Of a DNA stretch of 45,074 nucleotides, positions 15,880 to 25,008 are shown piece after piece. The notes beneath the pieces were generated by a model. It searched no databases. It saw nothing but the letters and a program-made list of their open reading frames with translations, and was not told the DNA's origin. A program made the translations under genes and the position numbers. Source of the DNA: a phage; NCBI GenBank assembly GCA_028473545.1, contig GCA_028473545.1_4546.1; one strand, given 5' to 3'. Numbering within the stretch: the stretch's first letter is position 1; each line of letters begins with the position of its first letter.

Positions 15880-16980
15880 ATGTCTTTAACAGTGTTCCAG
15901 CGTAAACTCGTTACCGCGGTTACGCAAATGATCCCCGACAACCTGAACGTGTTCAACGCTGCCGCTAATGGCGCTGTTGTTCTCGGTACAGGTGAAGTGC
16001 TGAAGGACGTTGTAGAAAAAATGTCCGTCGGCTTGATCGCCAACCTCGTTACTGACCGTAACGCATATGCACCTGTCGGTACTCCGGCAACCGCTAAAGT
16101 GCTGGCGCGTATGCTGACCAACTCGGTTAACCTCTCCGCGAAAGTGGGTCCGGTTGCAATCACTAAGGCTATGATGGCTAAGATCGAAACCAACGTTAAC
16201 AGCGTTGCGGCTGAGATTGCGGCACAGGCTACTCAAGCGATTATGCTGCATTACCTGAAGGCCGGTATCGGCGCAAGTAAAGCGGCGATCGAAAGCAACG
16301 CAGCGGCAGCATACACCCAACCGGCGCGCGTTGATGGCGTTGGCGGTCGTACTTTCCCGACCCTGGCAGACTTCCCGCTGGCGGCTTCTAAGTTCGGCGA
16401 TCAGGCGTCTTTGATTAAGTCCTGGTTTATGGATGGCGTTACCTGGGCTAACTTCATTGCGTACCAGGCGCTGCCTTCCGCTGAGCAGGTATTCGCGATC
16501 GGCGATCTGCAAGTAATGGGTGATGGCCTGGGCCGTCGTTTCATTATCTCCGATGCCGCTGCCGATGCTATGGGCGTGGGCAAAATGCTGGGTCTGGTCC
16601 CTGGCGCGGTTGCAGTTACCACCAACGGCCTCGATATGCTGGCGCAGGAAAAAGGCGGTAACGAGAACATCGAGCGCTGGTGGCAGGGTGAGTTCGACTT
16701 CAACGTGGCTGTTAAAGGCTATCGTCTGAAGGCGTCCGCTCGTACTCCGGTTGAAGGTGTCCGCTCGTTCACACTGGCGGATATCACCACCAAGGACAAC
16801 TGGGAGCTGGATCAGGGCCAGGTAGACAACGCTCCGGCAACCGTCCAGGATGTTGGCGCGGTGGGTGATGGCGATACTAAAGGCCGTCGCAAGACCCAGG
16901 CAGCACAGGCCGTGCCGACCCGTAACATCAAGGAAACGGCTGGCGTACTGGTTACGCTGACTCCGACCAGCGCGTCCTAA
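15880..16980 (+). CDS. Major capsid protein (putative)
   Basis: 366 aa; follows the scaffold gene; strong terminator follows; product by position. Confidence 0.65.
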   Translation: MSLTVFQRKLVTAVTQMIPDNLNVFNAAANGAVVLGTGEVLKDVVEKMSVGLIANLVTDRNAYAPVGTPATAKVLARMLTNSVNLSAKVGPVAITKAMMAKIETNVNSVAAEIAAQATQAIMLHYLKAGIGASKAAIESNAAAAYTQPARVDGVGGRTFPTLADFPLAASKFGDQASLIKSWFMDGVTWANFIAYQALPSAEQVFAIGDLQVMGDGLGRRFIISDAAADAMGVGKMLGLVPGAVAVTTNGLDMLAQEKGGNENIERWWQGEFDFNVAVKGYRLKASARTPVEGVRSFTLADITTKDNWELDQGQVDNAPATVQDVGAVGDGDTKGRRKTQAAQAVPTRNIKETAGVLVTLTPTSAS

Positions 16981-16997
16981 TCGGCGCACATCCCAAA

Positions 16998-17025
16998 GGG
17001 GCGGGCTTATGCCCGCCTTTTTTAT
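16998..17025 (+). terminator. Rho-independent terminator after the capsid gene
   Basis: ggcgggc..gcccgcc stem with ttat loop followed by tttttt. Confidence 0.55.
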
Positions 17026-17038
17026 AGGAGCGAATAAA

Positions 17039-17539
17039 ATGTATGGCGACCCGCAAACCTTTACTGATTATGCCGCTGCGCGAGGCGTTGAGATTACGCT
17101 GGGCTATGCAACGCGACACCTTACCATCGTTAATGACTTCCTTAACGGCATCAACTGGATCGGCGAACAAGCGGACCAGACCGGAATCGACGCATGGCCC
17201 CGCATCAACTACCCGTCAGACGGTAAGCCGGTGCGAGACACGCTCACTGGAGTTGTGGCGGTAGTGCCTGCCGGGCAAATCGTAGACTTCGCATCAATTC
17301 CCGTTGCCGTTGAACAAGCCGTTTACCGGTTGGCGATGCTGGTGGCGGACGATATTGATATTTCTCCGATCGGCGGTGGCAAAGAGACTATTCGCGAAAC
17401 GGTTGGCCCGATCACGATGGAATATGACCCCGCGACGATTGGCGGATATGTGGCGTTCCCGTGGTGGGATGGCTTGCTGGGCTACTGGGTGAACGTAGAC
17501 GGCAACGCTTCAGGTAACTTTGACGTATACAGGGGCTAA
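17039..17539 (+). CDS. Head-tail connector/adaptor protein (putative)
   Basis: Start at MYGDPQ with aggag RBS; 166 aa; position between capsid and tail genes. Confidence 0.4.
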   Translation: MYGDPQTFTDYAAARGVEITLGYATRHLTIVNDFLNGINWIGEQADQTGIDAWPRINYPSDGKPVRDTLTGVVAVVPAGQIVDFASIPVAVEQAVYRLAMLVADDIDISPIGGGKETIRETVGPITMEYDPATIGGYVAFPWWDGLLGYWVNVDGNASGNFDVYRG

Positions 17540-17540
17540 T

Positions 17541-17654
17541 ATGAATCCGGCTGTTATTGCAGCGTTGCTGGCGGCGCTGGCGACGAAAGAGAAAGAGGAA
17601 GAACCAGTACCGCCGGAAGTACCGGCGAAGGAGGAAGACGATGGCGGGATTTGA
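17541..17654 (+). CDS. Small hypothetical protein (37 aa), Ala/Glu-rich
   Basis: ATG directly after the upstream stop; below the ORF-track cutoff. Confidence 0.2.
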   Translation: MNPAVIAALLAALATKEKEEEPVPPEVPAKEEDDGGI

Positions 17655-17994
17655 CTACGCAGGCTTAAAGCGGAAAGTAAATCCGCTGATTAAAAAATTC
17701 GGCATGACAGTTACCGTGACGCGTCCTGGATCGGTTGACCGCGTAGACGGCAACGAGATAGTAATCCCGCCAACGTCGTTTGATATCATCGGGCTTCGAG
17801 AGGAGTACAAGCCTCGTGAGATCGACGGGACTCGGGTCATTGCCGGTGATGTTAAGTTCTTATGTCAGGCGGCGGAGCAAGTGCAGGTAGGCGATCTGGT
17901 TAACCTGAATAACACAGATTACCGTGTTATCAATCCCACCCCACTGCAACCGGCTGGCACTACCATGCTGTTTCAATTACAGCTAAGGGGCTAA
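17641..17994 (+). CDS. Head-tail joining / head completion protein (putative)
   Basis: Start at MAGFDYAGL with aaggagg RBS; 117 aa; position. Confidence 0.45.
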   Translation: MAGFDYAGLKRKVNPLIKKFGMTVTVTRPGSVDRVDGNEIVIPPTSFDIIGLREEYKPREIDGTRVIAGDVKFLCQAAEQVQVGDLVNLNNTDYRVINPTPLQPAGTTMLFQLQLRG

Positions 17995-17995
17995 C

Positions 17996-18589
17996 GTGGC
18001 TGAGGTCTACTCGTTCGCCGCTACCATTGCAACATGGGTAGATAAGACGAAGGAGAACAACGACAAGGCGGTGCGGGCGACCGGTATGCAAATACTCGGA
18101 CGCCTGATTGAGATCTCCCCGGTGGGCGACCCCCGCCGGTGGAAGATAAACAAGGCGTACGCGATGGCCCGCCAGCACGCGAGCAAGGTGAACGCCGCAC
18201 AGCGCCGTAAGAATGGTGGCAAACTGAAGCGCGGGCAGAAAAAGCACGCCAGTGTCCTCGTATCGTTCAAGACTAAAAACGGCAACGTCACGTTCCGCCA
18301 GCGTGGCTGGGCCGCGAAGAACTACACCGGCGGACGCTTCCGGGGAAACTGGCAGGTGTCTTTCGACCGTCCGGCTGTTGGCGCGGTTGACCGGGTGGAC
18401 AAGGCTGGAACGGCAACATTAGCCGCGGGGCGTGACGTGCTGGCGCATTACGATTCCGGCGAATATGGGTCTATCTGGTTTACTAACAACGTGCCGTACG
18501 CGCAGCGACTGGAGTATGGCTGGAGTAAACAAGCGCCCGCGGGGATTGTTCGCGTCGTAGCGGCAGAAATCAATTCTAAGGTGAAATAA
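17996..18589 (+). CDS. Neck/tail completion protein (putative), GTG start
   Basis: 197 aa; aagggg RBS before the GTG; position in the neck module. Confidence 0.45.
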   Translation: MAEVYSFAATIATWVDKTKENNDKAVRATGMQILGRLIEISPVGDPRRWKINKAYAMARQHASKVNAAQRRKNGGKLKRGQKKHASVLVSFKTKNGNVTFRQRGWAAKNYTGGRFRGNWQVSFDRPAVGAVDRVDKAGTATLAAGRDVLAHYDSGEYGSIWFTNNVPYAQRLEYGWSKQAPAGIVRVVAAEINSKVK

Positions 18590-19011
18590 TGAGCAATACT
18601 CTAATCCGCAAGGCGTTTAACAGCGTAGTAGAAGAATTAGCGGTTAGCCTGAGCACTAACCAGCGCCCGATCAAGGTTAACTGGGAGAACGTGAAGGGCG
18701 ACCACGCTAACGGCAATGGCGTGTACATGGAGCCGTACTTGCTTCCAGCCCCGACCCAGTTTGTTGGCATTCAGCAGAAGGGCCGGATCTATGCAGGCGT
18801 CTATCAGGTTGCCGTAGTGTTTCCTGCGGGCACTGGCACACAGTACGCGAGCGAACTGGCGGACGCCATCGCGACGTCAGCCAAGTGGCAGGGCGTCAAG
18901 ATTGCTGGCGCGGCTTTCCAGCTTCAGGACGCGCCATACACCAGTTCGGTGATTGAAGATGACGACCGCGCCCGCATCGTGGTATCGGTCCTGTATAACT
19001 GTTGCGCCTGA
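18589..19011 (+). CDS. Tail terminator/completion protein (putative)
   Basis: 140 aa; ATGA overlap with the upstream gene; position before the major tail gene. Confidence 0.45.
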   Translation: MSNTLIRKAFNSVVEELAVSLSTNQRPIKVNWENVKGDHANGNGVYMEPYLLPAPTQFVGIQQKGRIYAGVYQVAVVFPAGTGTQYASELADAIATSAKWQGVKIAGAAFQLQDAPYTSSVIEDDDRARIVVSVLYNCCA

Positions 19012-19071
19012 TTTGGCGCAATTCTGCGCGTGCTGTATCATTAATCCGTATATCTAAACAGGAGCTTCATT

Positions 19072-19797
19072 ATGGGTTATCAACTTCCTAACGGGTCCAG
19101 CGTCCAGATTGGGTCCGTATTAGGCGCAGGCATCGCGGTTACGGCAGCTACCAACGCCACCGCGTCAATCTCCGACCTTACCACTGGTTGCGTTATTACC
19201 TGCGCGGAAGGCCACGGCCTGGCAGTAGGCGACGTGGTTATGTTCACTAAAACCCCGTGGGTCCGTGCGCTGAACCGCGCGTTCATCGTGGGTAAAGTGG
19301 CGACTAACGACGTGACGCTGGCGCGCTTCGACACCGAAGACGTCACCAAATATCCCACCGGCGCTTTTGGCGTAGGCACTCCGGGTGAAGTGGTGAAGGT
19401 GTCGAGCTTTATCGACTTCCCGTTTATCACTAACGTTGCCGTTTCTGGTGGCGACCAGCAGACGACTACCTTCCAGCCGTTGCAGGTTAACACCGCGATC
19501 AGTCTGAACACCACGAAAAACCCGTTGGTCCAGACTTACACCTTCACTCACGACGAAGAAGACCCGATCCGCCCTATCCTGGAAGACCTGGACGATACAC
19601 AGAAAACCACTGTTATTAAGTTCACGAACCCAGCGGCAGCAAGCGGAAAAGGTGAAATTCGTATTTACCCGGCTAAGGTATCTTTCCAGAAGATTCCGTC
19701 CGCTGAAGTAAACAACGTGGAAACGGTACAATCCACTCTGACCATGCAGTCTGATATGGTTATCTACCGTAAGGATCTGGTCGAGGCATTGTCTTGA
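19072..19797 (+). CDS. Major tail protein (putative)
   Basis: 241 aa; caggag RBS; followed by a strong terminator and the chaperone/tape-measure genes. Confidence 0.55.
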   Translation: MGYQLPNGSSVQIGSVLGAGIAVTAATNATASISDLTTGCVITCAEGHGLAVGDVVMFTKTPWVRALNRAFIVGKVATNDVTLARFDTEDVTKYPTGAFGVGTPGEVVKVSSFIDFPFITNVAVSGGDQQTTTFQPLQVNTAISLNTTKNPLVQTYTFTHDEEDPIRPILEDLDDTQKTTVIKFTNPAAASGKGEIRIYPAKVSFQKIPSAEVNNVETVQSTLTMQSDMVIYRKDLVEALS

Positions 19798-19825
19798 TTT
19801 GGTCGCTTAAATAGCGAGTGTTAAT

Positions 19826-19850
19826 ATGGGGCCTGCACGGCCCCTTTTTT
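19826..19850 (+). terminator. Rho-independent terminator after the major tail gene
   Basis: ggggcc..ggcccc stem followed by tttttt. Confidence 0.5.
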
Positions 19851-19866
19851 ATTGGAGAATATTACA

Positions 19867-20229
19867 ATGGCTAAAGCACCACTCTTCACACTTGACCCTA
19901 AGCCGACCTTTAAGCTGCCGATTGAGATCCCGCGCCCTGGTGAGAACGAACCAGGCAAGATGACGTTTACCGTCCGCCACCGCCCGATCGACGAGTTTTC
20001 GCAGACCATGCAGGACACCGAACGCAAGCTATCGGAATATGACGACAATGACCCTGACGGCTTTAACGTTATGGTTGAGGCCATCATGCACGTCGCTGAA
20101 GGCTGGAATCTGCCAGACCAATTTAACGCTGAGAACGTCCGCCGTCTGGTAGTCAACTACCCCCGTGCGTTCGGCGTGTTCCACACCTCGTACTACCTCG
20201 AATTGATGGGACTACGTGAAAAAAACTAA
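19867..20229 (+). CDS. Tail assembly chaperone (lambda gpG-like)
   Basis: ATG at 19867 with ggag RBS; 120 aa; ends at a slippery A_AAA_AAC site; lies upstream of the tape measure. Confidence 0.55.
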   Translation: MAKAPLFTLDPKPTFKLPIEIPRPGENEPGKMTFTVRHRPIDEFSQTMQDTERKLSEYDDNDPDGFNVMVEAIMHVAEGWNLPDQFNAENVRRLVVNYPRAFGVFHTSYYLELMGLREKN

Positions 20230-20543
20230 TTGAGGCGGCGCGACGCTTTTATGGCCCGCCGCCACCCTCCGAAGATGTAGCCGCAAGTTTATGGGGCGCG
20301 GCCCCCGAAGATGTTTGCCCGTCTGTTGCGCTATGGCCCGACAACGCGAAGATAGTCGCAGTCTTCACAGATTGCTCTACGCAATGGCGCACCGGATTCG
20401 GTGGGGCATACGGCATCGACTACGGAGTTCTGGAGTGGCTATTTAAGATGCACGGCATCGAAAACGAGCAACGTGCATTTAAAGATATAAAGCTAATGGA
20501 ACGGATCGCGCTTGACGAAATGGCGCAACAAAACCCCGCATAA
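20220..20543 (+). other. Putative -1 programmed frameshift extension (gpGT-like fusion)
   Basis: Slippery heptamer A_AAA_AAC at 20220-20226 in the last codons of the chaperone; the -1 frame is open for about 106 codons to TAA at 20541-20543 with no early ATG. Confidence 0.45.
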
Positions 20544-20544
20544 T

Positions 20545-20942
20545 GAAGCGGGACAAGCGGGACGTCCCGATCTGTCCCGTTTTGCCCCGCCCCCGGTAAA
20601 ACTGCATATCTACTCACTTTCATTGCATAAACTCAAAGCGGGACAAGCGGGACGTCCCGATCTGTCCCGCCCCCTAAATATGCATACCTATTCAGATTTC
20701 GTGCATAAAACAAACGGGACAAAAAGCGGGACAAACAAGGGGCGGGACAAAGCGGGACAGCACCCCGTCCCCGTCAGTGCTGCCGCGGGTTTCAGCCGAT
20801 CGGGACAGGCGGGACAACTCCCAGTCTTTCAGACTAGACGGGGGTCAATGGCCCCCCTCGTCTGAGACTGAATAAGGTTTGTTTGAAATTCGCTGATACA
20901 ATGTCAATCGGCAACTGCATAAAAAAAGGGGACTGCATAATG
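20545..20942. repeat. Iteron module B: GCGGGACA array with GGGACGTCCC palindromes, GC-rich hairpin and paired TGCATAA boxes
   Basis: Two 35-bp direct repeats (20546-20580, 20637-20671); GCGGGACA copies at about 20714-20759 and 20801-20816; hairpin 20819-20870; TGCATA(A) pairs at about 20602/20624, 20680/20703 and 20916/20934, the last overlapping the tape-measure ATG. Confidence 0.7.
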
Positions 20943-23585
20943 GCAGATCAAGCAGCAGGCATCACGCTAAAGGCGGATGTTGCACAAATCAGAACGGCGA
21001 ATACGGTGCTGGACTCATTCGCGCAGAAGTCCGAAAACACCGAAAACAAGGTCAAGAAATTAAACGACACCCTCGGCAACTCAAAAAAGGTGACGAGTGA
21101 CGCCGCGGGCGGAATGGGGAAGCTGGCAACTGAATCGCAGCGGGCCGCCGATGGCATGACGAAGCAGGAGCGACTTGCCAACCGCTTAGGCATGTCGACC
21201 AAAAACCTGGGCTTCGCATCGCGTAACGCCGCATTTCAGTTACAAGATATCGCGGTCACGCTCGAGATGGGTATGCCGGTGCACCGCGTCATGATTCAGC
21301 AGCTACCGCAGTTAACCGGGGCATTCGGTGGACTGGGTAACACGCTGCGTTATGTTGCTGGCTTTCTCGGTCCGGTAGGGATCGGCCTTGCTGCGGTAAC
21401 GGCAACGCTAGGCGTAGGCGTGGCTATTACGTCCCGCGCAGAAAACCAGGTAGCGGCGCTGAATAAGACGCTGGCGCTATCTGGTAACATCTCGGGCCTC
21501 ACCGCTAACCAGATCCTGGTGCTGTCGGAGAACGCCGAACGAATGGGCGGTTCATTCAGCAAGACGCGTGACACAATTCAGGCGCTGGCGGCGGCAGGTG
21601 TGAAAGCGGGTGCTGACTTCGGCGCGCTGGCGAAAGTAGTGAACGACTTCGCGAAGGTGTCTAATCAGCCGATCGCCGACGTGGTGGAGTCCATCTCCAA
21701 ATTGTCCAACGACCCGGTGGGCGGCTTGCGCGCACTGGCGGACAAGTATCACGTCGTTACCGAGGCGCAGATCCAGCAGGTGCAGTCACTGGTTACGACG
21801 GGTCGCGAAACCGAAGCGGTGGCGCTGGCGAACAAAACAGCCGCGGCGTCGTTCACCAGCATGACCAACGAGATCAAGTCCAACATGGGTACGCTTGAGC
21901 GGTCGATGAACGTCGTCACATCGGCAGCTAAATCTATGTGGGATGCCATCCTGGATGTGGGCCGCGCGCAGTCATCGAATGAGTCCGAGATGAAAGCGCG
22001 TGAGTCATTGCAGCGCATGACCACGGCTTACTATGCTGAGATGAAAGCGGTAAACGCTGCCGGTGGGGTAATGACCGACGCGCAGAAAGCACGTATTAAC
22101 ATGCTTTATAGCGAACTGGTCGCACAGGAAAAAGTAGTAGCGTCGCTCACCCTGCGTAACCGTGCCGAGCGCGACAACGCCAGCGCTGCGGACAAATCAG
22201 CGAAGGCGAACGAGGAGGCCAACCGCACCGCCCGTGACCGCGCCGCGTTCGAGAAGGAATTTGCCACCAACGCGAAGAAGCGCGCCGACGAGATCGCCCG
22301 CCTCAATTTACTGAATAAGCGCGGTGTGATTAACGAGAAAGAACTAGCCGAGGCGGTGAAGCAGGTCAACGAGCGCTACAAAGACCCCGCACCGAAAAAG
22401 GCGGCGGCAATTCGCGTCGATGCCGGTGTTAAAATGCTGGAGGTCGCGCGGAGCGAACTGGCACAGCTTAAGGAGTCCGGCAAGCAGATCGAAGCCAATG
22501 CCACAACGCAGACCCGCACGCAGCGCGCACAGGCCGCGTTGAATAAGCTGGTCGCGGATAATGAGCAAATGGTCGCAGCAAGCAAGGAACGCACACTAAC
22601 GGCAGCAGAAAAGCAGCAAATGGCAGAGTTCGAGGCGGTTAAAGCGGTACGCGAGCAGATCGTCGAAGAAGCCAAATTGCTGGACGCGAAAGAGAAGCAG
22701 ATCAAGGCACACGCCCAGGTCGAGGCATTCATCAAGAACCAGAACGCCGAGCTACGGGCCACCGCTGCGGGCTATGCGCTTTCCACTCGCGAAGCGGCTA
22801 ACCTGCGCGAAGAATTACAGCTAATTGACCGCCTTCAGCGTGTCGGCGCTAACGATACTGATATTGACCGGGCGGTGTCTAAGCTGCGCGAAGTGCAGGA
22901 AGCACAGACCGGTGCTAACGCTTCGTTGTGGGATGGCTTTAGCCGCGGGCTTAAGGATAGCGTGGATGAAATGGGGAACGGCTACACGCAGATGACGTCA
23001 CTCACAAAATTCACGTTCGGCGCTATGCAGGACACGATGAATACGTTTTTCGAGACGGGCAAGCTGAACGCAAAGGATATGGTTAAGTCCATCCTGAGCG
23101 AATTAATCAAGCTGGCTACCTCGCAGGCGTTCAAATCCATCGTTAGCGCTTTCGGCGGTGACGGCGGCAAAAACGGATTGTTCGGCGCTATCTTCTCGGG
23201 CCTCACTAAGAACGCAGACGGCGGAGCGTACGCAGGAGGCAATCTCGCGGCCTATTCTGGTCAAGTGGTAAGCCAGCCCACCTTTTTCAGTTATGGCGTT
23301 CAGGCGTTCGCTAAGGGCGCTGGGTTGATGGGTGAGGCTGGACCCGAGGCTATCATGCCACTGAAGCGCGGGCCGGATGGGAAACTGGGCGTTGCCGCTG
23401 CCGGTGCTGGTGGGGGTGGGATGATTGTAACAACCAACGTGAACATGGGTACCGGTAAGACGGACACCAGTGTGAGCGGACCGGACCCACGCACCGCGCA
23501 GGCGTTCGGAAAGCAAATCACCGAGTCGGTCAAGGCCGAGATCGTGAAAGCGACGAAACCGGGTGGAGTACTTTACAAACGATGA
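20940..23585 (+). CDS. Tape measure protein
   Basis: Start at MADQAAG with aagggga RBS; 881 aa; long helical protein; Gly-rich C-terminal region; position before the M/L/K/I/J-like genes. Confidence 0.8.
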   Translation: MADQAAGITLKADVAQIRTANTVLDSFAQKSENTENKVKKLNDTLGNSKKVTSDAAGGMGKLATESQRAADGMTKQERLANRLGMSTKNLGFASRNAAFQLQDIAVTLEMGMPVHRVMIQQLPQLTGAFGGLGNTLRYVAGFLGPVGIGLAAVTATLGVGVAITSRAENQVAALNKTLALSGNISGLTANQILVLSENAERMGGSFSKTRDTIQALAAAGVKAGADFGALAKVVNDFAKVSNQPIADVVESISKLSNDPVGGLRALADKYHVVTEAQIQQVQSLVTTGRETEAVALANKTAAASFTSMTNEIKSNMGTLERSMNVVTSAAKSMWDAILDVGRAQSSNESEMKARESLQRMTTAYYAEMKAVNAAGGVMTDAQKARINMLYSELVAQEKVVASLTLRNRAERDNASAADKSAKANEEANRTARDRAAFEKEFATNAKKRADEIARLNLLNKRGVINEKELAEAVKQVNERYKDPAPKKAAAIRVDAGVKMLEVARSELAQLKESGKQIEANATTQTRTQRAQAALNKLVADNEQMVAASKERTLTAAEKQQMAEFEAVKAVREQIVEEAKLLDAKEKQIKAHAQVEAFIKNQNAELRATAAGYALSTREAANLREELQLIDRLQRVGANDTDIDRAVSKLREVQEAQTGANASLWDGFSRGLKDSVDEMGNGYTQMTSLTKFTFGAMQDTMNTFFETGKLNAKDMVKSILSELIKLATSQAFKSIVSAFGGDGGKNGLFGAIFSGLTKNADGGAYAGGNLAAYSGQVVSQPTFFSYGVQAFAKGAGLMGEAGPEAIMPLKRGPDGKLGVAAAGAGGGGMIVTTNVNMGTGKTDTSVSGPDPRTAQAFGKQITESVKAEIVKATKPGGVLYKR

Positions 23586-23589
23586 TAAA

Positions 23590-23618
23590 ATGGCCCTCAC
23601 ATACAACGTGGGGGCTTT
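23590..23618 (+). terminator. Hairpin plus T5 between tape measure and the next gene (possible attenuator)
   Basis: ggccctcac..gtgggggc stem followed by ttttt; the ATG at 23622 follows immediately. Confidence 0.3.
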
Positions 23619-23621
23619 TTC

Positions 23622-24221
23622 ATGGCACAAGGTACAATCACACTAACGAACGGAAGTAAGACCGTCACGGGCGCGGGGACGGCGTTCCTGAGCGAGATCG
23701 GGAAGGTCCGCGTATTTGCCCGCATCGACGGCAACGACTACACCGGCAAAATTGCAGCATTCAACTCTGATACAGTCATCACCCTGGTGGATAACTGGGC
23801 CGGTCTGACAAAAGCCGGTGCAGCCTACGAGCTAATCGAAGCGCACGACCCGCGATCAAACGAATGGCCCTATTACTGGCACATGCAATTGCAAGGTGGC
23901 GGCGACGTGCAGTTGGCTTTCCGGTCGGAGGAATTGCAATTCGGCAATGGCTACGGGCAGAACATCGCGGATGGCCCGAACGCCGAGACGAAACAGTTCC
24001 CCGTGCAATTCATCGGACTGACTACTGACAAGTGGTGCGACCCTAAACTGGTGTACAACTTCCTTCGCGGGCATTTCGTCAAGCCGTTTGTAGTCACCGC
24101 GCCTGATGGTGAAACAGGTTTATTCGTGGTCGAGCGTTCGAGCTTGTCGTACACTGACAACGGACACTACACGGCAACGGTATCCGCCACCCTTAAGACT
24201 GCTATTGGATTCGTAAGATGA
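23622..24221 (+). CDS. Distal/minor tail protein (lambda gpM-like C-terminal half with extra N-terminal domain)
   Basis: 199 aa; the C-terminal half contains FGNGYGQ, which resembles FGDGYSQ in lambda gpM as recalled; N-terminal MAQGTITLTNGSKTVTGAGTAF resembles the tail fiber N-terminus. Confidence 0.5.
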   Translation: MAQGTITLTNGSKTVTGAGTAFLSEIGKVRVFARIDGNDYTGKIAAFNSDTVITLVDNWAGLTKAGAAYELIEAHDPRSNEWPYYWHMQLQGGGDVQLAFRSEELQFGNGYGQNIADGPNAETKQFPVQFIGLTTDKWCDPKLVYNFLRGHFVKPFVVTAPDGETGLFVVERSSLSYTDNGHYTATVSATLKTAIGFVR

Positions 24222-25006
24222 ATAAACTATATCGTGAGGCGACGCGCTTTGACCCATCGGGCCGCGTTCGCCTGATTCACATTGATGCGCAGGACGTGGA
24301 GCCGGGCGACGGCGCGATCGGCGCGGGCCACCATTATTTCCATTACTGCTTTATTCCGCACACTGCCGACGATATTGCTGCCGCTGGCGGCGACGAGGAC
24401 AAGCTAAAGCCAAAATCTATCTTCTTCGGCGGGCAGGAGTTCGAATTCTGGCCCTTCGATTTGTCTGGCCTCAACTTCTCCACATCAACGGCAGCAGAAC
24501 CGCAGCTAACTATCGTCGATATTGGCGGGATTATCACCCGGCTATCCCTGAATCACGACCAGCTACTGGGCGCGAAGGTTGAAATCATAGACACGTTTGC
24601 GAAGTTCCTGGACAACGGGCCTGATCCAGACCCAACGCAAAAACGTGTACAGGAGTTTTACATCGACTCACAGGTCGGTCGCAATCCGGGCAAACAAATC
24701 ACCTTCGCATTATCCTCGCCCGCGGATATGGAGGGGCAAGTAGTCCCGCGCCGCCAAATCATGAATATGTGCGAATGGGCGCTCAACGGGAAGTATGCCA
24801 GCGGGGACGGGTGCACCTGGAACCTTGCACAGCCTGGCATCAAGTATTATGACGAGCGAGGCAATGAAGTCATCGCGATGGATATGGACCGATGTGGCGG
24901 CTGTTTGTCCGACTGTTATCTTCGTTTCGGACAAGGGCTTGCAGATCCGAAAGCGGCGGTGCTGGACTATGGCGGCTTTCCGGGGTCCAGATTAATTAAG
25001 GGGTAG
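24218..25006 (+). CDS. Minor tail protein (lambda gpL-like)
   Basis: 262 aa; C-terminal Cys cluster CGGCLSDCYLRFG; position. Confidence 0.65.
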   Translation: MNKLYREATRFDPSGRVRLIHIDAQDVEPGDGAIGAGHHYFHYCFIPHTADDIAAAGGDEDKLKPKSIFFGGQEFEFWPFDLSGLNFSTSTAAEPQLTIVDIGGIITRLSLNHDQLLGAKVEIIDTFAKFLDNGPDPDPTQKRVQEFYIDSQVGRNPGKQITFALSSPADMEGQVVPRRQIMNMCEWALNGKYASGDGCTWNLAQPGIKYYDERGNEVIAMDMDRCGGCLSDCYLRFGQGLADPKAAVLDYGGFPGSRLIKG

Positions 25007-25008
25007 TC

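Noticed and set aside
15886-16989. 367-aa minus-strand ORF antisense to the major capsid gene
   Set aside because: The plus-strand ORF fits operon polarity, has an upstream scaffold gene and a downstream terminator; the antisense frame is Arg/Cys-rich and looks like a shadow ORF.
20512-20865. 117-aa plus-strand ORF-track entry across the iteron region
   Set aside because: Composition is driven by the G/C-rich repeats (AGQAGRPDLS repeated); no RBS; overlaps the hairpin and repeat module; most likely noncoding.
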